Source of the DNA: Anaeramoeba ignava BMAN
Taxonomy: Eukaryota > Protista > Anaeramoebae
Length of the DNA stretch: 64,000 nt
Direction of reading: 5' to 3'
NCBI GenBank assembly: GCA_028826165.1
Contig: JAPDFW010000056.1
Span: 434,001 to 498,000 of the forward strand
The position numbers and the translations under genes are program-made. The notes below the pieces were generated by a model. The model was given only the letters and a program-made list of their open reading frames with translations. It did not search any database and was not told the origin of the DNA. Shown here in pieces: positions 1 to 10,476 of this stretch; the stretch's first letter is position 1, and every line of letters starts with the position of its first letter.

Positions 1-630
1 AATTATTTATAAAATTATTTATAAAATTATTTATAAAATTATTTATAAAATTATTTATAAAATTATTTATTAAATTATTTATAAAATTATTTATAAAATT
101 AAATATAAAATTATTTATAAAATTATTTATAAAATTATTTATAAAATTATTTATAAAATTATTTATTAAATTATATAAAATTATTTTATAAAATTATTTA
201 TAAAATTATTTATAAAATTAAATATAAAATTAAATTAATTATTTATAAAATTAATTATAAAATTAATTATAAAATTATTTATAAAATTATATATAAAATT
301 ATTTATAAAATTATTAATAAAATTATTTATAAAATTATTTATAAAATTAATTATAAAATTATTTATAAAATTATTTATAAAATTATTTATAAAAATTATA
401 TAAAATTATTTATATAAAATTAATTATAAAATTATTTATAAAATTATTAATAAAATTATTTATAAAATTATTTATAAAATTATTAATAAAATTATTAATA
501 AAATTATTTATTAAATTAATTATAAAATTAATTATAAAATTATTTATTAAATTATTTATAAAATTATTTATAAAATTATTATATAAAATTATTTATTAAA
601 TTATTTATAAAATTATTTATAAAATTATTC
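1..630. repeat. Degenerate 12-mer tandem repeat (AAAATTATTTAT)n filling an intron of the BAR gene
   Basis: Pure A/T periodic array that ends just before the acceptor tttgaatttag at 641. Confidence 0.9.
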
Positions 631-641
631 TTTGAATTTAG

Positions 642-1800
642 AAATGTTCATATTAGAAGATTTGTTGTTTCTTTTGATTCTTTTAAAGAAGCTTGTAAAT
701 CTTTATGTCTTGGAATTGATGATTTTTATGGATCATGTGGAAAAGAATTGAGAAAAGATCCATTTACTTTCCGACAAAATCTCGATACAATATCAACTCT
801 TATTGAAAATTCAATGGTAAATTTCATTCCAAATTTTTTTTAAAAAAAAAATTGGATAAATTAAATGGATTGATTTATTAATAATAAAAGGATGATTTGA
901 GAATTAAAACACTTGAGCCAGTGCAAAATATGATTAAACAAATGGATGATTTGAATCGACGTGTTAAACATCACAAATCAGTTAAATTAGAATATGATTC
1001 TGCTAAAAATAATCTTTCTAAATTGATGAATAAAAAGAAAAAAGAAGAGACTAAAATTGCACAAGTAAATTTATAAATTTGAATTAAATATTTATAAATT
1101 TGAATTAAATATTTATAAATTTAAATTTGAATTAAATATTTATAAATTTGAATTAAATATTTATAAATTTGAATTTAAAAGGCTGAAAAAAAATATCATG
1201 ATGTTCAAGACATTTATGATGAAGTTAATCAAAAATGTAAAGAAGATTTTAAGAAATTAAATGATCAAAAATATCAAGTTATGAATGGGCCAATTCAAGA
1301 AATGCTAAAAGCATTTACAAATGTTATTAAAGGAACAGCTGAAAAAATGGATAAAATCTCAGAAAAAGATATTTTTTAATAATAATAATAATCCCGAAAA
1401 TGAATCAAATGAAAAAGAAAATAAAAACAAAAATAAAAATAAAAAGAATAACAACAAAAATCAAAAAGAAAAAGAGAATCAAAAAGAAAAACAAAAAGAA
1501 AATCAAAAAGAAAAAGAAACAGAAAAAGAAACAGAAAAACAAAAAGAAACAGAAAAAAATGAAACATCAAATTCAGAAACATCAACTTCAGATTCTGATG
1601 ATGAAACTGATTCAAGATATGATTCTGATTCAGATTCTGATTCAGATGACCAAAAAGATAAAAATCAAGTTTATTATTCAACTCAACAAAAAACAAATAC
1701 AGAACAAAATGAAAAAGAAAATGAAAATAAAACAAACAAAGATTCAATGAAAAAATCTCAATCAAGTGATGATCTGTTAGAAGAAATTGATTTGAATTGA
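642..1800 (+). CDS. BAR-domain (amphiphysin/endophilin-like) protein with acidic low-complexity tail, 5' partial
   Basis: Exons 642-816, 891-1064, 1182-1800 with GT-AG introns. Translation ...LRIKTLEPVQNMIKQMDDLNRRVKHHKSVKLEYDSAKNNLSKL..KEETKIAQAEKKYHDVQDIYDEVNQKCKEDF matches BAR helices 2-3. One extra T in the run at 1372-1377 shifts into the 1321..1800 frame. Confidence 0.7.
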
Positions 1801-1919
1801 TTTAAAAATAATTCGGAAATTTTTTCCTTTTTTTTTTTTTCAAAATTTTAATTTTAAATTCCCCAAAAAAAAAATAAGTATTTAAAGTCAAATGTTCCAG
1901 AAAAAAGAACTTTAACGTC

Positions 1920-2009
1920 ATTTCATTTTTTTTATTTTTTTCATTTTTAATTTTTATTTTTTTCATTTTTTCATTTTTTTCATTTTTTTCATTTTTTTCA
2001 TTTTTTATT
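1920..2009 (+). promoter_or_regulatory. Tandem TTTCATTTT initiator-like motifs upstream of the PRP6 ATG
   Basis: About 7 copies of TCATTTT ending ~10 nt before ATG 2010. The same motif precedes most start codons in the window. Confidence 0.6.
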
Positions 2010-5000
2010 ATGACTTCTTTACCTGGAGAAACTCGTAAATGGTTTCTTGATGCTAAACCACCTCCAAATTATGTTGCTGGTATTTCAAGAGGAGCTACAG
2101 GTTTTACTACTCGTTCTGATCTTGGACCAGCTACAATTACAACAACAACAACAACAACAGAGTAAGTATTTTAATTTCAATTTTAATTTTAATTTTAATT
2201 TTAATTTTTGAATTGAAAAGAATGAAAATTAGTTTTTTTTTTTTCATATTTTCAAAATTAATGTGATTTTTTTTTAAAAAAAAGTGTTTGATAATTTAAT
2301 TCAACGCTTCCTTTTGAAATGTTATGGTGATTAATTGTACTTGATTGTTTTTGTCGTTATTATTTTTAGCTTGATTTTTTTTTTTTGATTTTTCTTGATG
2401 ATTTTTTGTTTGATTAATTAATTTCATTTCATTATACTAATTTTTATTATTTTTTTTTAAAAAAACACAACAAAACAAATGATGCTATTTACTTCAATTT
2501 ATTTACTTCAAATTTATTTACTTTTAATTTATTTACTTCCTATTTATTTACTTCAAATTTATTTACTTTATTTAATTTATTTACTTTAAATTTATTTACT
2601 TCAAATTTATTTACTTCCTATTTATTTACTTTAATTTATTTACTTCAAATTTATTTACTCTAATTTATTTACTTTAATTTATTTACTTCCTATTTATTTA
2701 CTTTTTAAATTTATTTTAATTTTATTTTAATTTATTTACTTTAATTTATTTATTTTATTTACTTTTTTTATTTTTTATTTTATTTTTTATTTTATTTAAT
2801 TTATTTATTTTTTTTTATTTATTTTCCTATTTATTTACTTTATTTACTCCTATTTATTTACTTTAAATTTTATTTACTTTTATTTATTTATTTATTTATT
2901 TCCTATTTATTTACTTTAAATTTATTTAATTTAATTTATTTACTTTAATTTATTTACTTTAATTTATTTACTTTTTGTTTACTATTTATTTGCTTTTATT
3001 TTTATTTACTTCAATTTATTTTAAAATTTATTTACTTTATTTTATTTACTTCCCTATTTATTTATTTACTTCTTTATTTACTTAATTTATTTACTTTTTA
3101 TTTATTTACTTTTAATTTATTTACTTCAAATTTATTTAACTTTAATTTATTTACTTCAAATTTATTTACTTTAATTTATTTACTTCAAATTTATTTACTT
3201 TAATTTATTTACTTCCTAATTTATTTACTTCTATTTATTTACTTCAAATTTATTTACTTTTATTTATTTACTTTAATTTATTTACATTTAAATTTATTTA
3301 CATTTAAATTTATTCTCAAAAAGACCACCTCCTGGATTCAAAGGAAAAGAAAAGGAAAAAGAACAGGATTTATCAGATGCACACTATGACTCATTTTCAG
3401 GATACACAAACGAAAGCCTTTGGGATAGCGTTCCATACGATGAAGAAGACGAAAAAGCAGACGAAGTCTGGGAATCAATAGACGAGAAAATATCAAACAG
3501 AAGAAAAAATCAACGGGAGGCGCGAATCAAAGAGCAGATTAGCGAATATCGGAAAAGACGACCGAAAATACAAGATATGCTAAGCGATCTGAGGGAAGAT
3601 CTGAAGGGACTTGGGGATAAAGAGTGGAACAAAATACCGGACAAAGTGGAGCAACGAGCACGAAAACGGAAAGAAGAAGAGCGGTACACACCAGTACCAG
3701 ACTCACTGATCCAACAGGCACTTGCCAAGAACCAAGAATTTGGGAGAGGATTTGGGGGAGAGAAGGACGAGAAAGAGAAGATGGCGAAGGAAGCAGCAAT
3801 GCTAATTAACGAGAAGAGCAGCGGGAAGAAAACAACGGATTTGACGCAATTAGGGAAAGCAAGAGGAGCAATGCTTTCGATGTCGTTGCAGAAAGTGTCC
3901 AATTCAATAGAAAATCGTGAAACACAGATGGACTCAGAGGGGTATTTAACAAGTCTGAGCTCAACACGGATATCAACAACGGACGAAGTCAGCGATATCA
4001 AAAGAGCACGATTACTGTTCCGCTCTGTAACGAAAACAAACCCGACATATGCACCAGGATGGATTGCTGCGGCGCGTCTTGAGGAGCTTGCAGGGAAACT
4101 AGTAACAGCAAGAAAAGTAATTCTCAAAGGATGCAATGCATGTGCTAATAGTGAGGACATCTGGCTGGAGGCTGCAAGGCTTCATCCACCTAAGATGGCG
4201 AAATCAATCATCGCAACAGCATGCAGACACCTTCCCAAATCAGTCAACATTTGGTGCTCAGCTGCAGATCTTGAGGAGGATCTGAAGAACAAAAAAGAAG
4301 TGCTCAAAATGGCACTTGATTTTATCCCGAATAGTGTTCAACTTTGGAAAGAAGCTGTAGCACTTGAGGAACCTGAAAACGCGCGCATTCTTCTGCACCG
4401 TGCTGTAGAGTGCTCTCCGCAGAATGTGGAGTTGTGGCTTGCGCTTGCACGTTTGGAAACATATGAGAACGCACAAATTGTGCTGAATCGTGCTCGGGAA
4501 GCGTTGCCTGCAGAACCGTTAATATGGATCAATGCAGCAATGCTCCAAGAGGCTAACGCTCATAGTGATAGCGTTGCCCAGATTGTGTCTTTCGGGATTG
4601 AGACGCTTCTTTCACAGAAAGTTGCAGTGAACCGAGAGGTCTGGATGCGAGAAGCTGAGAACTGCGAGCGCGCAGGGTTTCACAAGACAAGCAAAAGCAT
4701 CATTCGCGCTGTACTTAAAATTGGTGTTGAGGAAGAATACTATAAGATCACATGGCTCGATGATGCCCGCGCTTTTGTTCAGCACGGAAGCATCAAGTGC
4801 GCAAGAGCAATATACTCTGCTGCTCTTCAAGAATTTCGCACAAAGAAATCCGTCTATCTTGCGGCAATCCAATTCGAAAGGCGCTATGGAGACCCCAAAA
4901 AACTCCAGGCTCTTCTTGCTTCTGCCGTTGAAAATTGTCCCAAATTCGAAATTTTTTGGTTGATGTATGCAAAGATTCTCTGGAACGCTCAGGACATCGA

Positions 5001-5985
5001 TGGCGCACGAAATATTCTTGGAAAAGCCTTCAAAGAAAATCCAGATAGTGATAACATCTGGCTCGCAGCAGTTAAACTCGAGAAGGAAAACACCCAGTAC
5101 CAACGTGCAAGAAAGCTACTTGAGAACGCCCGCTCGCGAACAAACTCCGTTACCATCTGGATAAAGTCCATCAAACTCGAACGCGATCTCTTCTATCTCG
5201 GTGTTCTTAAACAACGTACACTTGAATCCCAATTGATTTCGTTAGCTGTCAAAAAGTTCCCATTTTCCGTTAAAATTCACTTTTTGCAGGCAAAATTTTT
5301 CGAACAAACAGAAGATGTTTCATCAGCTCGAGAAGCATATCGCGCGGCGCTTAAGAACTGTCCCAAAGCACCTCAACTCTGGATCCAGTATGCACTCTTG
5401 GAGGAGAAATTTGCGCCTAACAAAGCTCGCTCAATCTTCGAGAACGCACGAGTGCAGATCCCAGACAGCGAGGAGATCTGGTATCAAAGCATCAGCTTCG
5501 AGCGTCGCACAAACAACGAGAAGATCGCAAACTTTCTCATGGAAAAGGCGCTGCAGAACTTCCCACAATCAGGTATTCTCTGGGCGGATTGCATTGAGCA
5601 CGAGAAACCCGAACTCCAAAAAGCTCGCACGCATGATGCGCTCAGTAAATGCGACAAGGATCCATATGTTATGACTACAGCCGCTAAGATGCTCGCAAAA
5701 CAGAGGCTTATTGATGAGGCAAGATCCTGGTTTCTGCGTACTATCACTGAATTCCCTGATTACGGTGATGCTTGGGTTTTTTATTATATTTTTGAGTCCC
5801 GATTCTCCTCAGACCAAAATCCCCTTCTATCTCTCCAAAAAATTCTCGAACAATGTGTCCAGGTTCAACCTTCAAAAGGTGTTTTGTGGGCTTCTGTCAG
5901 TAAAAATGCTCAAACTCCTTTTATCTCAACAAAACAAATTTTATTAAAACTTGTCGAACAAGAAACTCAGAAATCAAATTTTTAG
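2010..5985 (+). CDS. PRPF6: Pre-mRNA splicing factor PRP6 (U5-102K), HAT/TPR repeats
   Basis: Exon 1 2010-2161 encodes [25 protein letters not shown] (PRP6 N-terminal signature). Intron 2162-3323 (GTAAGT..AAG). Exon 2 is in frame with ORF 3577..5985, which has [27 protein letters not shown] and HAT repeats. Confidence 0.96.
2486..3312. repeat. Intronic degenerate repeat (TTTATTTACTT..)n in the PRP6 intron
   Basis: Periodic atttatttacttca/ttta units, almost G-free. Confidence 0.85.
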
Positions 5986-6093
5986 AAAAATTTATTCTTT
6001 TTTTTTTTCATTTTTAATATCCATATTATTTTCTTTTAATTCAAAACAAAACACAAACAAACAAACAAACAAACATTTAAAAAATTTTTTAAA

Positions 6094-8944
6094 ATGAAAA
6101 CTTTTACTTTTTCAATTATTGTTTTCCTTTTATTTTTACTTATTTCCTTTTCTTCTCATCAACAACTTGAAGTTTTTATTGTTCCTCATCAGTCATGATG
6201 ATCCTGCTTGGATTCATACTTTTATGGAATATTATAATTCAAGTGTTCAATACATTCTTACAAACACAATAACAGATTTACTTCAAAATCCAACACATAA
6301 ATTTATTTATGTTGAAAATTCTTTTTTTAGATATTGGTGGGATCAACAAAATTCAACAATGCAAGAAAATGTTATTAATTTAATTAAACTAAAACAATTT
6401 GAATTTGTAAATGGAGGATATGTTATGAATGATGAAGCAGTTACAAATTATGATATGATTATAAATCAAATGACTATTGGTCATCAATGGATAAAAGAGA
6501 ATATTGGTGAATTTGCAATTCCTAAAATTGCATTTCACATTGATCCATTTGGAAGTTCAAACATGTCACCTTTTTTATTTTCACAAATGTGTTTTGATGC
6601 ATTTGTTATTGATAGAATTCCTTGGGATACTAAAATTGATTATATGGCATATAAACATATGGAATTTATTTGGAGAGGCTCAAGAAATTGGGGTTCTAAA
6701 AATGAAATGTTTACTTATGTTTGTCCTCCAATTCTTTACGAAACTCCTATTCCTTTTAATTGGGAATCCGTTCCTGAATTAAATCCAGATATTACAGATG
6801 AAAATTTGGTTGAATCTGCAGATTTACTTGTTTCAGTTTGGAAAGATAGAAATGCTGGATTTCTTCATAATCAATCATTATTTTTATTTGGTGGTGATTT
6901 TGAATTTCATAATCCAGAAAAAGAATTTGGAAATATGGATAAATTACTTAATTACATCAATTCACATCAAGAAAAGTATAATGTTATTGCTCATTATTCA
7001 ATTTTAAGTGAATATTTTGAATCAATCAATAAAGAACAAATTAATTATCCAATATTAGGTGCTCAAGATTTTTTGCCATATAAATTTCTACCAATACCAT
7101 CAGAAAACAAGTGGTGGTCAGGATATTTTACATCATGGCCTCTTTTAAAAGGATTAATAAGATCATCAAATGCTAATTTATTTACAATTGAATTTGCTAA
7201 TACAATTTATAATTCCAAATATCGAACAACAACACCTTTAATTCAAAATATTTTACCATTAAGAAATGCAGTTGCATTAACAGCTCATCATGATGCAATA
7301 ACTGGAACTTCACCACCAGATGTTAATCAAGAACAATATATTGATAATCTAATAGCAGGATCAAATATTGGAGATAAAGCATTTATCATATCATTACAAC
7401 ATGGATTAACTAAACCAGGAAATCAAGAACCAACACTTTCTTTAAATCAAACTGAAATGGAAAAAGTTCTTTCTAAAAACCAAACAGTTCCAATTATTGT
7501 TTTCAATTCATTAGGATGGACATTTGATGAACAAATCATTTCATTCAATTTATCATTAACTAATATGGATTTTGAAATTATTGGAACAGATTTAAAACCA
7601 GTTGAAAGTATTTATGATAAAGAAATTGGAAAATTAGCATTTATTGGAAAAGTACCAGCAATTGGATTTTCAACATATTTTATTCAACCCAAACAATCTC
7701 AAACAAACAAAATTATCAAAAATATTATATATCCAAATGAATTTAATTCACAAACCTATACAATCAGTAATAAATTCTATTCAATCACATTTTCAGGAGA
7801 AACAGGACTTGTTATACTTGTTAAGAATAAAGTTACAGGAGGTCTTTTTATAATTGATAATAATATTTTCAGATATTCAACAGATCTTTCTGGTGCTTAT
7901 ATTTTTACACCTTATGAAGTTGCTGAGCCATATAGTTCTAAAGTAGAAAGTATTACTCAAATCACAAGTGAACTTTATGATGAAATACATCAAGTATTTG
8001 CAAGTAATTTAACACAAATATGGAGATTATATCGAACTAATAATGAAGATTTAGGAAGATTTATTGAAATTGAACATAAACTTGGACCTAATTTAGAAGG
8101 AAACAAAGAAGTAGTTACAAGATTTATAACATCAATTCCATCAGAAGGTGTATTTTATCAAACTAATAATGATTTGGAAATTATAAAAAGAGTTTATAAT
8201 GGGAGCAATATAATTTCAGAAAATTATTATCCATTTACAGGAGCATGTTGGATTGAAGATTCAAATCAAAGATTAACAATTTTAACAGATCGAGCACATG
8301 GAATAACATCTATTGAATCAGGAGTAATTGAAGTTATGATTGCAAGAAGAACTCTTCAAGATGATTTCGAAGGATTGAATATGCCACTTGAAGATACAAC
8401 TTATTATAAATCTAAACTTTGGATTATGTTTGATACTATTGAAGAATCAGAAAGATCAAGACATATTTCATCACTATTATTCAATACACCATTCAAATTA
8501 ACATATGGAATATCACCCAATATTGGAATTAATGAATGGATGAATTCATATTTAAGTGAAACAACAACACTTTGTAATGATCTTCCAAGAAATATTCATT
8601 TACTTTCATTAATTGAAAATGAATATTCAACAAAACAAGGAATATTAAGATTACAACATCTTTATGAAAATGATACTGATTCAGAATATTCGAAAGTTGT
8701 TGAAATTTCATTAAATGAATTATTTAGTTGTAATTTGAATGGATTTTCACCATCAAATTATCAAGAACAAACATTATCATTATTAATGACACCAAATCAA
8801 TGTTCAACAAATCAAATGAAATGGAATCAAAACAAAGAATCAAATGAAGAATCAAAACCAAATTCAAATGAAACTGAAAATGAAACTATTGATACAATTT
8901 CAATTTATCCAATGCAAATTCGAACATTTTTATTTGATTATTAA
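6094..8944 (+). CDS. Lysosomal-type alpha-mannosidase, glycoside hydrolase family 38, copy 1 (apparent +1 indel near 6190)
   Basis: ATG 6094 and signal peptide are identical to copy 2. The VPH-S-HDD zinc motif is interrupted by one extra base (cat-c-agt-cat-gat-gat). HIDPFG nucleophile motif and HHDAITGT present; intronless. Confidence 0.92.
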
Positions 8945-8949
8945 TTTTA

Positions 8950-9950
8950 AAATTCAAAATCAAAATTCAAATTTAAAATTCTAATTCAAATTCAAATTCA
9001 AATTCAAATTCAAATTCAAATTAAAATTCAAATTCAAATTCAAATTCAAATTCAAATTCAAATTCAAAATTCAAATTCAAATTCAAAATCAAATTCAAAT
9101 TCAAATTCAAATTCAAATTCAAATTCAAATTCAAATTCAAATTCAAATTCAAATTCAAATTCAAATTCAAATTCAAATTCAAAATTCAAATTCAAATTCA
9201 AATTCAAATTCAAAAAATTCAAATTCAAAAATTCAAATTCAAATTCCAAATTCAAATTCAAATTTGAATTTCAAAAATTTTCAATTTCAAATTCAAATTC
9301 AAAATCAAATTCAATTTAAAATTAAAATTAAATTTCAAATTCAAAATCAAATTCAAAATCAAATTTAAATTCAAATTCAAAATCAAATTTAAATTCAAAA
9401 TTCAAATCAAATTCAAATTCAAATTCAAATTCAAATTCAAATTCAAATTTTAAAATTCAAATTCAAATTCAATTTAAATTCAAATTTCAAATTCAAATTC
9501 AAATTCAAATTAAAATTCAAAATCAAAAATTCAAAATTCAAATTTAAATTCAAATTCAAAATTCAAAATCAAATTCAAAATTCAAAACTCAAATTCAAAA
9601 TTCAAATTCAAAATCAAATTCAAATTCAAATTTAAATTCAAATTCAAATTCAAAAAAATTCAAATTCAAATTCAAATTCAAAAAATTAAAAAATTCAAAA
9701 TTCAAATTCAAATTCAAAATTTCAAAAATTCAAATTCAAAAATTCAAATTCAAAATTCAAATTCAAAATTCAAAATTCAAATTCAATTCAAAATTTTAAT
9801 TTCAAAATTCAAAATCAAATTCAAAAATTCAAATTCAAAATCAAAATCAAAAATTTCAAATTCAAAAAATTCAAATTCAAATTTCAAAATCAAATCAAAA
9901 TTCAAATTCAAATTCAAATTCAAACTCAAATTTAAAATCAAATCCAATTT
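8950..9950. repeat. (AAATTC)n hexamer satellite between the mannosidase copies
   Basis: About 1 kb of tcaaat units, degenerating distally. Confidence 0.9.
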
Positions 9951-10476
9951 CCAAAAAATTTGTTTTAATTCAAATTTCTTTTTTTTGGGTTAATTTGAAA
10001 TAAAAAGATTTTTAAATTGATTTTATAAAGATTAATTAATTAATTGATTTTGATTTTGATTATTAATATTTAGATTATTTTTATTTTTGATTTTTTGTGA
10101 ATTTTTTTGATCAAAAAAAAATTTATTTTTCCCTTTTTAATTTTAATTTTAATTTTTAATTTTAATTTTAAATTTTAATTTTAATTTTAATTTTAATTTT
10201 TAATTCTAATTTTAAAAAAGAAAAGAAAAAAGAAGAAAATCTAAAATAAAAAATTTTGATCAAAAAATAATAAATTAAAATAAATAAAATAAAAATGTTT
10301 TGTTGTAAAATTTAAATTTAAAAAAAAAAAAAGCAAAAAAATTTATTTTTAATTTTTTTATTTTTCATTTTTTTCTTCTTTCAAAAAATCAAAAACAAAT
10401 TAATTTCAAAAACAAAATTTAATTCAAAACAAAACACAAACAAACAAACAAACAAACATTTAAAAAATTTTTTAAA

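Noticed and set aside
3510-5947. Numerous antisense and alternate-frame ORFs over PRP6 (and likewise over 37-40 kb and 45-47 kb)
   Set aside because: A by-product of locally higher GC content; no recognisable domains
6094-8944. Mannosidase copy 1 as a pseudogene
   Set aside because: Only one indel, located where the two paralogs differ and polishing is error-prone. The remaining ~920 codons are open and keep the catalytic motifs
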